From Acidobacteriota bacterium (GTDB lineage Bacteria; Acidobacteriota; Thermoanaerobaculia; Gp7-AA8): a DNA stretch of 64,000 nt. Each line of letters begins with the position of its first letter. Within the stretch, counting starts at the first letter, position 1. Made by a program: the position numbers and the translations under genes. Shown here piece after piece: positions 12,054 through 21,542 of this stretch. Location: assembly GCA_019244185.1 (NCBI GenBank), contig JAFATB010000013.1, forward strand, positions 32,001-96,000, written 5' to 3'. The notes under the pieces are model-generated. The model was not told the DNA's origin, did not search any database, and saw only the letters and a program-made list of their open reading frames with translations.

Positions 12054-12782
12054 ATGCTCCACGCCGCCGCCTCCACTCCGCCCGCAACTTGCCCGCGCTG
12101 CAACGGCTCCGGCTGGATTCCCGTTTCCGCCGACTCGCTCCGCGTCGAAGCGTGCGCGTGTCAGGGCGATCTGCGGCGGCAGCAGCGCGTGGTGGCGGCG
12201 AGCATTCCGAAGCGCTACGAGCATTGCACGCTGGAGACGTTTCGCGAGAAGTCGGCGGTGCTGCGCAACGCGAAGACGCGCATCCAGGAGCTCGTCGATC
12301 TGTGGCCGCATCTCTCCGAAGGGCGCGGCCTCCTGCTGATGGGCGGCTGCGGCGTCGGCAAGACGCATCTCGCCGTTGCGGCGCTGCTGGAGATCATCCG
12401 CAGCGGCAAGCCGGGACGCATGCTCTTCTCGAACTTTCAGGACCTCATTCAGGAGATCCAGGCGTCGTTCGACAACGATCAGGTGCCGAGCAAGTCGGAG
12501 CTCCTGCGGCCGCTGCTCGAAGTCGATCTGCTCGTGCTCGACGAGCTCGGGTCGCAGAAGCCGACCACGTTCGTGCAGGACATCCTCTATTACGTGATCA
12601 ACACGCGCTACAACGAGGAGCGCGCGACGATCTTCACCACGAACTACTTCGACCGGCCCGCGGACGTGAAGGACGAGACGCTCGAGCAGCGCATCGGCAC
12701 GCGGCTGCGCAGCCGGCTCGCGGAGATGGCCGAGCGCGTCGAGTTTACCGGCGCGACGGACCATCGGCGGAACACGCTGTGA
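12054..12782 (+). CDS. DnaC/IstB-like AAA+ ATPase (helicase-loader-like) with N-terminal Zn motif
   Basis: CPRCNGSGW...CAC, Walker A GGCGVGKTHL, Walker B LLVLDELG, IFTTNY, RLRSRL. ATG 12054 is preferred to the upstream start inside the repeat. Confidence 0.85.
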   Translation: MLHAAASTPPATCPRCNGSGWIPVSADSLRVEACACQGDLRRQQRVVAASIPKRYEHCTLETFREKSAVLRNAKTRIQELVDLWPHLSEGRGLLLMGGCGVGKTHLAVAALLEIIRSGKPGRMLFSNFQDLIQEIQASFDNDQVPSKSELLRPLLEVDLLVLDELGSQKPTTFVQDILYYVINTRYNEERATIFTTNYFDRPADVKDETLEQRIGTRLRSRLAEMAERVEFTGATDHRRNTL

Positions 12783-13729
12783 AGCGCGGAGTCTTCGACA
12801 CGCTCAAGCGCGGCTTCGACGACAACCTCGCGAACTGGCCGCTGATCGCGATCCGCATCGCGCAGATGGTGCTCGTCTTCGCGATGGTGATCGGCGGGAT
12901 GCTGGCCATGCTCGTGCCGCTGCTGCTGTCGGTCGGCATCCGCGTGGCGTCGCTGCATTCGCCCGAGTCGTTTGAGAGCGCGATGGAGGCGCTGCTGCAC
13001 AACCCGCTGCTGTTCATCTGGCTCGGCGTCGGGCTGTTCGTGCTGATCGGGCTGCTGATCGCCATCGGCGCGTTCGTCGAAGCGGGTTGCGCGCGCGTCT
13101 ACGTCGACGCGGAGCGCGCCGCGGGTCCGGCGGTGAACGGCCTGCGCGCGCGGTTCCACCTGTTCAACATGCAGCGCTTTCTCGCCGGCGCGACGTCGGG
13201 CTGGTGGCCGGTGTTCTGGATGTACAACCTCATCTGGTCGCTCGCCGCGCTGATTCTGCTCGTGCCGCTCGCGATCACCGCCGTGCTGATGTTTCTCACG
13301 CGCAACAACCAGCCGCTGATGATCGTCTTCGGCGTCGGCGGGTTGCTGCTCGTGATCGTGCTCGCGATTCCGCTGGCCATCGTCACCGGCATGTGGTCGA
13401 ACCGCGCGGTGATGCAGTGGACGATCGACCGCGCCGGCACCGGCGCCGCGATCTCCGCCTCCTGGCGCGCGATCTCTCACGACCTCCCTCGCCACCTCGG
13501 CGTGGCCGCATGCATGCTCGTCATCGCCTTCGCCGCGTCGTCCGTCGCCGGCAGCTTCGGCTTCTTCGCCGCGTTCGCGCAGGCGGCCGGCCGCGACAAC
13601 GCGTTCGTGCCGCTGGCGATGATGCCGCTGCGCTTTTTCTCGCAGATCGTGAGCATCGCCTGCAGCGCGGCGGTGACGAGCTGGTACGCCGCATCGTTCG
13701 CGGCGCTCACCGTGGAGAGCCCTCGTTGA
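12779..13729 (+). CDS. integral membrane protein, hypothetical
   Basis: GTG overlaps the upstream stop; about 6 hydrophobic helices. Confidence 0.75.
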   Translation: MKRGVFDTLKRGFDDNLANWPLIAIRIAQMVLVFAMVIGGMLAMLVPLLLSVGIRVASLHSPESFESAMEALLHNPLLFIWLGVGLFVLIGLLIAIGAFVEAGCARVYVDAERAAGPAVNGLRARFHLFNMQRFLAGATSGWWPVFWMYNLIWSLAALILLVPLAITAVLMFLTRNNQPLMIVFGVGGLLLVIVLAIPLAIVTGMWSNRAVMQWTIDRAGTGAAISASWRAISHDLPRHLGVAACMLVIAFAASSVAGSFGFFAAFAQAAGRDNAFVPLAMMPLRFFSQIVSIACSAAVTSWYAASFAALTVESPR

Positions 13730-14913
13730 CGTCGTACGAATCGTTTCTCTCGCGCGACGCGCAGAGCTTCCGGCCATCTGCGATCCGGGCGTTCGCGAAA
13801 CTGATCAACGACCCGAACATCATCTCTTTCGCCGGCGGCGTGCCGAATCCGGAGACGTTCCCCGCCGCCGCCGTCGCGGAGCTCGCCGAGCGCATCATCC
13901 GCACGCGGCCGCAGATCGCGCTGCAGTACGGGCCGACGCGCGGCATTCCGCGGCTCTGCGATTCAATCGCGGCGATCTGCCGCGCGCGCGGCATCGACGC
14001 GACGGCCGACGACGTGCTGACCACGACCGGCTCGCAGCAGGCGCTCGATCTCATCGCGCACGCGCTGCTCGATCCGGGCGACGTCGTCGCGGTGGAACTG
14101 CCGACGTACATCGGCGGCTCCGCGTCCTTCTTCGCGCGCAGCGCGGAGCTCGCGGGCGTCGCGCAGGACGACGAGGGCATCGTGCCGGAGTCGCTGCGCG
14201 CGCTCGCGTCGCGACGCCGCATCAAGCTGCTTTATACGATTCCGAACTTTCAGAATCCGTCGGGACGCCTCATGACGCAGGCGCGGCGCGATGCGGTGCT
14301 CGCGCTGGCGGAGGAGTTCGACTTTCTCGTCATCGAAGACGATCCGTACGGCGAGCTGCGTTACGTAGCCGACGCCGACACCACTGCGATGAAGTCGCGC
14401 GACGCGCACGGCCGCGTCCTCTACCTCGGGTCGTTCTCGAAAGTCCTCGCGCCGGGCCTGCGTTGCGGCTGGATCGTCGCGCCGCGGACGCTCCTCGCGA
14501 CGCTGGAGATCGCGAAGCAGGCCGCCGATCTCTGCTCGGGCATGCTCGATCAATCCGTCGTCGACGAGTTCGTCGCGAGCGGCGCGCTCGCGCCGCAGAT
14601 CGAGCGCGTGCGCGCCTTCTATCGCGGCAAACGCGGCGTGCTGCTCGACGCGCTGCAAACGCATTTCGGCGGACGCGCGACGTGGACGCCGGCCGACGGC
14701 GGACTCTTCACGTTCATGACGCTCGGCGACGACGTCGACACCGCGGCGCGCGTTGCGGATGCGGTCGCGAACGGCGTCGCGTACATCCCCGGCGGACCGT
14801 TTTTCGTCGACGGCAGCGGGCGCAATACGATGCGTCTGACGTTCGCGAAAGAGAGCGACGAGCGGCTGCGCGAAGGTGTCGCGCGGCTCGCAAAAGTTTT
14901 CGGTTTACACTAG
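13726..14913 (+). CDS. PLP-dependent class I/II aminotransferase (LysN/2-aminoadipate transaminase-like)
   Basis: ISFAGGVP, LQYGPT, GSQQALDL, PNFQNPSG, EDDPYGEL, GSFSKVLAPGLRCGW. Confidence 0.9.
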   Translation: MTSYESFLSRDAQSFRPSAIRAFAKLINDPNIISFAGGVPNPETFPAAAVAELAERIIRTRPQIALQYGPTRGIPRLCDSIAAICRARGIDATADDVLTTTGSQQALDLIAHALLDPGDVVAVELPTYIGGSASFFARSAELAGVAQDDEGIVPESLRALASRRRIKLLYTIPNFQNPSGRLMTQARRDAVLALAEEFDFLVIEDDPYGELRYVADADTTAMKSRDAHGRVLYLGSFSKVLAPGLRCGWIVAPRTLLATLEIAKQAADLCSGMLDQSVVDEFVASGALAPQIERVRAFYRGKRGVLLDALQTHFGGRATWTPADGGLFTFMTLGDDVDTAARVADAVANGVAYIPGGPFFVDGSGRNTMRLTFAKESDERLREGVARLAKVFGLH

Positions 14914-14964
14914 CTCTACACTGGCTTCACTGGCGTTCAACTACTCTCGGAGGCGTCCCAAACC

Positions 14965-15579
14965 TTGGACCATCATCGCGGCGGCTGGATCGAAATCATC
15001 GCCGGAGGCATGTTCTCCGGGAAATCGGAAGAGCTGATCCGGCGGTTGCGGCGCGCGGTCATCGCGCGGCAGCGCGTGCAGGTCTTCAAGCCGCTGCTCG
15101 ACGACCGTTTCGCGACCGATGAAGTGGTCTCGCGCGACGAGCGGCGCCTCAAAGCGATCGCGGTCGCGACCAGCGCGGAGCTCCTCGCGCGCATCGAGAT
15201 CGGCGTGCAGGTGGTCGGCATCGACGAGGTGCAGTTCTTCGACGCGGGCGTCGTGGAAGTGTGCATGCAGCTCGCGGACGCGGGCATCCGCGTGATCGCC
15301 GCGGGACTCGATCAGGACTACATGCGGCGGCCGTTCGGTCCGATGCCGGCACTGCTCGCGGTGGCCGAGGAAGTGTCGAAGATGCATGCGGTGTGCGTGC
15401 GCTGCCGCGGCGCCGCGCATTACTCGCAGCGGGTGAGCGGCGGGAACGCGCAGGTGGAAGTGGGCGACTCGTCGTACGAGGCGCGTTGCCGGCACTGCTT
15501 CGAGGCGTATCACGCCGCGCCGGAAGACACGCCCGCGGTGCAGCTCACGATTCCGCGGCCGGCAGTCGGGAACGCGTGA
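14965..15579 (+). CDS. tdk: thymidine kinase
   Basis: GGMFSGKSEELIR, IDEVQFF, AGLDQDY, and Zn cysteines CVRC / YEARCRHC. Confidence 0.95.
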   Translation: MDHHRGGWIEIIAGGMFSGKSEELIRRLRRAVIARQRVQVFKPLLDDRFATDEVVSRDERRLKAIAVATSAELLARIEIGVQVVGIDEVQFFDAGVVEVCMQLADAGIRVIAAGLDQDYMRRPFGPMPALLAVAEEVSKMHAVCVRCRGAAHYSQRVSGGNAQVEVGDSSYEARCRHCFEAYHAAPEDTPAVQLTIPRPAVGNA

Positions 15580-16979
15580 GCCGCCGCGCCGCCGGTCTGC
15601 TCCTCCTCACGTTCTTCTTTCTGGCGCCGTTGCATTGCCGCAAGGCGGACGGCGGGACGGACGACCCGGTCGCGCGCGAAGCGGAAGATGCGCTCGTCGC
15701 GTATCTGCGCATCGATACCTCGAACCCGCCGGGCAACGAGACCACCGGTGCGACGTTCCTCCGCGACCTGCTCGCGAAAAACGGGATTCCCGCGCGCCTC
15801 GTCGGCGACGATCCGCGGCGGCAGGGCGTGTACGCGCGGCTCGCGGCGCCGGGCTCGAAAGAGAAAGCGCTGCTCCTGCTCTCGCACATCGACGTCGTCC
15901 CCGCGGACGGTCGCGACTGGACGCAGCCGCCGTTCGGCGGCGTGCGCTCCGGCGGCTACATCTGGGGCCGCGGCGCGCTCGACATCAAGTCGCTGACCAT
16001 CGCGCAGCTGATGGCGCTCGTCGATCTGAAGCGGCGCGGCGCGCGGCTGCGGCGCGACGTCATCTTTCTCGCGACGCCGGACGAGGAGCTCGGCGGCGTG
16101 CACGGCACGCGCGCATTGCTCGAGAAACATCCGGAGCTCTTCACGAACGTCGGCTTCGTGCTCAACGAAGGCGGCTCGAACGAGACCGCCGTCGATCGCG
16201 TGCTGTTCTGGGGCATCGAGGTGCAGCAGAAACTGCCGCTCTGGCTGCGGCTCACCGCGACCGGACCGGCCGGTCACGGCGCGGTGCCGCCGGGAGACGG
16301 CGGCGCGATCGCGCATCTGCTGCGCGCGCTGACGAAGGTGGAGGCGCTCGAACATCCGTATCGTCTCGACCCGAGCGTCGCGCGCGCGATGACCGCGGCG
16401 TCGGCGCTGCGCAAAGACGCGCGCGGCAAGTCGCTGCGGCTGCTGACGCACGAGCCGCTCGACGTCCAGGCCATCGAGACGGAACTGCCGCCCGGCTACC
16501 GCACGCTGCTGCGCGACACGGTGGCCATCACGCATCTCACCGCCGGCAGCGCGGTGAACGCGGTGCCGCGCCACGCGGTCGCGGAGCTGGATGTCCGTCT
16601 GCTCCCCAATTCCACCCCGGACGACATGCTCGCTTCCGTCCGAAAGGCAGTCGGGCATGACGCGGAGGTGGAGGTGCTGCTCTCCAGCAATCCGGTTCCC
16701 GACAGCCCCGCGAGCGGCGAGCTGTTCGACGCGCTCACGCGCACGCTGCACGCTGCCGCCCGCCGCGCCGCGGTCGCCCCGATCATCAGCGCCGGCACCA
16801 CCGACAGCCGCTACTTCCGCGCCCGCGGCATCCCGTCCTACGGCTTCTCGCCGTTCATGCTGAACTACTACGACGCCGACGGCGTCCACGGCATGGACGA
16901 GCGGATCCGCGCGGCGTTTTTCGGGGAAGGGGTGGGAGTGATGAGGGGGGTGGTGCGGGAGGTTTGTGAGAAAAGATGA
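15576..16979 (+). CDS. M20/M25/M40-family metallopeptidase, exported
   Basis: GTG at 15576 with signal peptide; SHIDVVP, GRGALDIKS, DEELGG, NEGG, HGMDER. Confidence 0.9.
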   Translation: MSRRAAGLLLLTFFFLAPLHCRKADGGTDDPVAREAEDALVAYLRIDTSNPPGNETTGATFLRDLLAKNGIPARLVGDDPRRQGVYARLAAPGSKEKALLLLSHIDVVPADGRDWTQPPFGGVRSGGYIWGRGALDIKSLTIAQLMALVDLKRRGARLRRDVIFLATPDEELGGVHGTRALLEKHPELFTNVGFVLNEGGSNETAVDRVLFWGIEVQQKLPLWLRLTATGPAGHGAVPPGDGGAIAHLLRALTKVEALEHPYRLDPSVARAMTAASALRKDARGKSLRLLTHEPLDVQAIETELPPGYRTLLRDTVAITHLTAGSAVNAVPRHAVAELDVRLLPNSTPDDMLASVRKAVGHDAEVEVLLSSNPVPDSPASGELFDALTRTLHAAARRAAVAPIISAGTTDSRYFRARGIPSYGFSPFMLNYYDADGVHGMDERIRAAFFGEGVGVMRGVVREVCEKR

Positions 16980-17074
16980 ATGCAGAAAGCAGAACGCAGA
17001 ATGAAGAATTGAGAAATGGGTCCCGGTCCCACTTTCTACATTCTTCATTCTGCGTTCTGCGTTCTTCATTCATC
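16971..17074. repeat. heptamer-based palindromic element, copy 3 (overlaps a stop and a start codon)
   Basis: aaaagatgaatgcagaaagcagaacgcagaatgaagaattgagaaatggg ... cccactttctacattcttcattctgcgttctgcgttcttcattcatc. Confidence 0.92.
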
Positions 17075-18835
17075 GTTCATCGCTTCGCCTTCCTCCTCCT
17101 CTCCCTCCTCACCCTCGCCCTCTTCCTCCCTCCTCTCCTCCGCAACCACGTCTTCGTCCTCCGCGACCATCTCGACTACTTTCAGCCGCTGCGCTTCTTC
17201 ACCGCGTCCGAACTGCGCGCGGGGCGCATCCCGTACTGGAATCCGTACAACGCGTCCGGTGAGCCGTGGCTGGCGAATCCGCAGACGGGCGTGTTTTATC
17301 CGCCGGCATGGCTGCTCGTCGTGCTGCCGTTCGCGACGGCGTACATGCTCTTCCTGCTGCTGCACGTGCTGCTCCTCGGCTTGGGCGCGTATCTCTTCTT
17401 CGCGCGGAAAGCGTCGCAGGGCGCGGCGCTCGCGGGCGCGGTCGCGCTGATGTTCAGCGGGCCGGTGCTGTCGCTGCTCGACATCAACAACAACCTCGCC
17501 ACGCTCGCGTGGATCCCGCTCGCGCTCTGGTGCGCGGCGGAAGGCGCGTGGCGGCGCGGCGCGTTCGCGCTCGCGCTCGCGTTTCTCGGCGGCGAGCCGT
17601 TCTTCGCGGCGATCGGCGCGCTGCTCTACGTCGTCATCCGCCGCAACCGCGACGTCGTGTGGACCGCGCTCGGCGCGTTCGGACTCTCCGCGATTCAGCT
17701 GCTGCCGTTTCTCGATCTGCTGCGCGGCAGCGATCGCGCGGCGCGGCTCGATGCGACGACGATCCTGCGCGACTCGATGCCGCTGCGCGACTGGCTGCGC
17801 ATCGCCGTTCCTCCCACGCTCAACTCCTCCGCCTTCGACGCGCACCTCGGCCAGCATTTTTTACCCGCGATCTACCTCGGCATCGCCGTCGTCGCCATTG
17901 CGCTCGCCGGGATTCGCAAGCAGACGCTCGGCTGGCTCGCGTTGCTGGCGATCGTCGCGATCGTCGCGTCGGGACCGGCATGGCTCGCGTCGATGCCGCT
18001 CACGCTCTTCCGCTATCCCGCGCGCGTCGTGCCGTTCGGCGCGCTCGCGGTAGCCGCGCTCTTCGTCGCGGGATGGGAGCGCATCCGCGCGTACGTGCTT
18101 CCGAACAAACGATGGGTCGATCTCCTGCTCGTACTGATCGTGCTCGCGGACCTCGTCCCGCGCATGCAGCCGCTCTTCGCCAGCGCGCCGTTCAATCCGC
18201 ATCCGCTGCCGTACGCGCGCGCGGTCGGCGGCGAGCTGAAAGTCCTGCGCGTCGGCGAGATCGAGCCGCGGCAGCGCACGGTGTGGATGTCCGGCTATCT
18301 CAATCTCTACGATCGGCGCTTCGACGTCTCGACGGCGGCGCCGGTCGTGAGCGACGCGTACGCGCGCATGTACCGTCAGTTGCTCGAGCATCCGTCGCAC
18401 GCGCTGCTCGATCGCATCTCCGCGGGCTGGCTACTGTCGAAGGTCGATCTCACGCATTCGTTCGCGCGCGTCGGCAGCATCGGCGGCGTGTCGCTCTTCC
18501 GCAATGCGGAAGCGTGGCCGCTGGCGGTGCTCGTCGACGGACGCGTGATCCGCGGCGTGATGGTGGAGCTCGACACGCAACGCGCGCGCGTCGTCGTCGA
18601 CACACCGCATCCGTCGTACGTGATGCTCACGCAACAACGCGCACGTGGCTGGACGCTGACCTTCGACGGAACGCCCGCCGAAGACTCCGCGGCGTACGGA
18701 ATGTTCCGCGGATTTCGCGTGCCGCGCGGCCATCACGAACTGCTTTGGACGTATCGTCCGCCGCTGCTGCACGCCGGCGCGCTGCTGACGCTCGTGACGC
18801 TCGTCGCGATGTTTGTCAAGCGTTCACGCGCATGA
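16976..18835 (+). CDS. YfhO-like GT-C-type multi-pass membrane protein
   Basis: RDHLDYFQP, PYWNPYNASGEPWLANPQTGVFYP, C-terminal GWTLTFDG...FRGFRVPRGHHELLWTYRP; many TM helices. Confidence 0.8.
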   Translation: MNAESRTQNEELRNGSRSHFLHSSFCVLRSSFIVHRFAFLLLSLLTLALFLPPLLRNHVFVLRDHLDYFQPLRFFTASELRAGRIPYWNPYNASGEPWLANPQTGVFYPPAWLLVVLPFATAYMLFLLLHVLLLGLGAYLFFARKASQGAALAGAVALMFSGPVLSLLDINNNLATLAWIPLALWCAAEGAWRRGAFALALAFLGGEPFFAAIGALLYVVIRRNRDVVWTALGAFGLSAIQLLPFLDLLRGSDRAARLDATTILRDSMPLRDWLRIAVPPTLNSSAFDAHLGQHFLPAIYLGIAVVAIALAGIRKQTLGWLALLAIVAIVASGPAWLASMPLTLFRYPARVVPFGALAVAALFVAGWERIRAYVLPNKRWVDLLLVLIVLADLVPRMQPLFASAPFNPHPLPYARAVGGELKVLRVGEIEPRQRTVWMSGYLNLYDRRFDVSTAAPVVSDAYARMYRQLLEHPSHALLDRISAGWLLSKVDLTHSFARVGSIGGVSLFRNAEAWPLAVLVDGRVIRGVMVELDTQRARVVVDTPHPSYVMLTQQRARGWTLTFDGTPAEDSAAYGMFRGFRVPRGHHELLWTYRPPLLHAGALLTLVTLVAMFVKRSRA

Positions 18836-18920
18836 GCGAGACGAAAAATTTTTCTTCGTGTCCCTCCAATTGCGAGTAGTAGAATCTCGCCTCTCCAAGA
18901 TCACCACAGAGGTCAACGAA

Positions 18921-19220
18921 ATGGTAAGCATCGACGATCGCTTGAATGCCATCATCCGGGAATTGATTGGCAGCGGAATCACCCTGGCACAGGCGGTCGA
19001 AGCGTTCGAAGGGAAGTACATTGCCGCGGCCATGACCGCGAGCAAAGGCAACGTGACGCAGGCCTCGCGCAAGCTCGGCGTCCACCGCAACACGCTCCAC
19101 AACAAACTGCGCACGCAGACGATGCTCAACGGATTCGCCGAGTCGGTGCGCCCCGTGCGGCGCCGCGCCGCTCTCTCGCACAAGCGCGTCGCGATCCGTT
19201 CGTCCCGCACCGCGCGCTGA
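18921..19220 (+). CDS. small Fis-type HTH protein
   Basis: FEGKYIAAAMTASKGNVTQASRKLGVHRNTLHNKL (HTH_8 pattern); gaggt RBS-like sequence upstream. Confidence 0.85.
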   Translation: MVSIDDRLNAIIRELIGSGITLAQAVEAFEGKYIAAAMTASKGNVTQASRKLGVHRNTLHNKLRTQTMLNGFAESVRPVRRRAALSHKRVAIRSSRTAR

Positions 19221-19232
19221 CGGGACACTCCC

Positions 19233-21485
19233 GTGGCGCGCTCCCTGTCCGTTCCTGAACGCCCCGCGCTCCAGCAATCGATCGTCGACCTGCTCCGCCA
19301 GCGCGGCAGCCGTCTGCTGACGATCAAGGACATCGCCGAACGACTCGAGGACGCCGACGCCACGCGCGAGCAGGTCGAGCGCGCGGTCGAGGAGCTCGAA
19401 CAGGACGGCGTCATCCTCGCCGTGCGCGGCAAGCGCTACTCGCTGCTCGAGTTCACGCCGTATCACGCTGGCAGCATCCGCGTGCATCCCGACGGTCACG
19501 GCACGATCCTCGGCGGCCCCGACTCCGACGACATCTACATCGACCGCCGCTCGATGAAAGGCGCGATGAACGGCGATCTCGTCGTCGTGCGCGTCGACAA
19601 GCAGCGGCCGTCGTTCAAGAAGCTCCGCGACCGCCGCTACATCGTCGGCGAAGTGACGCAGGTGCTGCGCCGCGCGCATCGCACCGTCGTCGGGCGCTTT
19701 CATCTCGAGCCCGAGCCGTACGTCGTGCCGTTCGACGTCCGCATCGACACCGACATCCTCATCGAGGAAGACGCCACGTACGACGCGCGCGAAGGAGAGA
19801 TGGTCAACGTCGAGATCGATCGCTATCCCGACCGCTCGTCGCATCTCGCCACCGGACGCGTCGTCGAAGTGCTCGGCTTCATCGGCGATCCCGGCGTCGA
19901 CATCGAAGTCGTCGTCCGCAAGCACCACATCCCGCACAACTTTCCGCAGGAAGTGCTGGACGCCGCCGACGCCATTCCCTCCGAGGTTCCGCAGGACATC
20001 ATCGCGCAACGCGTCGATCTGCGCGAACGGCACATCGTCACGATCGACGGCGAGACCGCGAAAGACTTCGACGACGCGGTCGAAGTGCAGCTGCTGCCGA
20101 ACGGCAACTATCTCCTCGGCGTGCACATCGCCGACGTCGCGCATTACGTGACCGAGGGGAGTGAGCTCGACAAGGAAGCCTTCGAGCGCGGGACGTCGGT
20201 GTACTTTCCGGGACGCGCGATTCCGATGCTGCCGGAGCGGCTGTCGAACGGCATCTGCTCGCTGAATCCGCAGATCGAACGGCTCACGTTCTCGTGCGAG
20301 ATCGAGATCGACGGGCGCGGACGCTTCGTCGACCGCAAGGTCTACAAGTCCGTGATCCGCACGAAAGAGCGGATGACGTACACGAACGTCAACGCCATTC
20401 TCGTCGCGCGCGGACTCGCGCCGTCGTCGGGCGCGGAGCGCGATCGCGCGGCGGAAGCGAACGGCGCGGAACTGCTCGAACGCTACGGCTATCTCATCCC
20501 CGACTTCGAGCGCATGTTCGCGCTGTACGAGATTCTCCGCGTGCGCCGCGATCAGCGCGGCTCGATCGACTTCGACTTGCCCGAAGCGGAAGTGATGCTC
20601 GGCGAGAGCGGCGACATCGAAGCCATTCGTCCGACGGAGCGCAACGTCGCACACCGGCTCATCGAAGAGTTCATGCTCGCCGCGAACGAAGTCGTCGCGC
20701 GCGAGCTCGTGTTCGCGAATCAGCCCGGCCTCTATCGCGTGCACCAGCAGCCGGACCCGCAGAAGCTCGCGGACCTCAAAGACATCCTCAAAGAGTTCAA
20801 GCTGACGCTGCGCGGCAACCTCGAGGACATTCGCCCCGGCGAGCTGCAGCGCGTGCTGAAGAGCGTGGCCGGCACGCCCGAAGAACGCTTCCTCACGAAC
20901 ATCATCCTGCGCTCGATGAAGCGCGCGTTTTACTCCGAGGAGAACATCGGCCACTTCGCGCTCGGACTCGAGCACTACTGCCACTTCACCTCGCCGATCC
21001 GCCGCTATCCCGATCTCATCGTGCATCGCCGGCTCGCGGAGCTCATCGAGAGCGGCCCGCTGTACGGCGAGCGGCGCGAACAGATCGAGCGCGCGCATCC
21101 GCTGTACGCGCTGCAGTCGAGCGAGCGCGAACGCCGCGCGGAAGAAGCGGAGCGCGAAGTGCTGGAGTGGAAGAAAGTCATCTTCATGCGCGACAAGGTC
21201 GGCGAGGAGTACACCGGCATCGTCACCGGAGTCGCGCCGTTCGGCCTCTTCGTCGAGCTCGACGAGATCTTCGTGCAGGGCATGGTGCCGGTGGCGACGA
21301 TCGGCGGCGACTTCTGGATCTACGCCGACCGCGAGCACCGCATGCGCGGCGAGTCGACGAACCGCGAGCTCCGCCTCGGCGATCACGTGCGCATCCGCGT
21401 CGAGTCGATCGACGAAGACCGCCACCAGCTCGAGTTCCGCCTGCTCGAGGTCTCCGGCCAGCCGATCAAAGAACGAGAGCGCTGA
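19233..21485 (+). CDS. rnr: ribonuclease R
   Basis: N-terminal HTH and cold-shock domains, TIDGETAKDFDDA, HFTSPIRRYPDL, C-terminal S1 domain. Confidence 0.95.
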   Translation: MARSLSVPERPALQQSIVDLLRQRGSRLLTIKDIAERLEDADATREQVERAVEELEQDGVILAVRGKRYSLLEFTPYHAGSIRVHPDGHGTILGGPDSDDIYIDRRSMKGAMNGDLVVVRVDKQRPSFKKLRDRRYIVGEVTQVLRRAHRTVVGRFHLEPEPYVVPFDVRIDTDILIEEDATYDAREGEMVNVEIDRYPDRSSHLATGRVVEVLGFIGDPGVDIEVVVRKHHIPHNFPQEVLDAADAIPSEVPQDIIAQRVDLRERHIVTIDGETAKDFDDAVEVQLLPNGNYLLGVHIADVAHYVTEGSELDKEAFERGTSVYFPGRAIPMLPERLSNGICSLNPQIERLTFSCEIEIDGRGRFVDRKVYKSVIRTKERMTYTNVNAILVARGLAPSSGAERDRAAEANGAELLERYGYLIPDFERMFALYEILRVRRDQRGSIDFDLPEAEVMLGESGDIEAIRPTERNVAHRLIEEFMLAANEVVARELVFANQPGLYRVHQQPDPQKLADLKDILKEFKLTLRGNLEDIRPGELQRVLKSVAGTPEERFLTNIILRSMKRAFYSEENIGHFALGLEHYCHFTSPIRRYPDLIVHRRLAELIESGPLYGERREQIERAHPLYALQSSERERRAEEAEREVLEWKKVIFMRDKVGEEYTGIVTGVAPFGLFVELDEIFVQGMVPVATIGGDFWIYADREHRMRGESTNRELRLGDHVRIRVESIDEDRHQLEFRLLEVSGQPIKERER

Positions 21486-21542
21486 GCCCGCCGGGCCTTT
21501 CGTTTGCACACGTCGTAAGTCCCTGATACAACAGGACACGAC

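Noticed and set aside
12054-12782. IS21 element
   Set aside because: No IstA transposase or IS ends; the gene is coupled to housekeeping genes.
21486-21505. Possible intrinsic terminator after rnr (gcccgccgggcctttcgttt)
   Set aside because: Only a 4-bp stem with an interrupted U tract; too weak to call.
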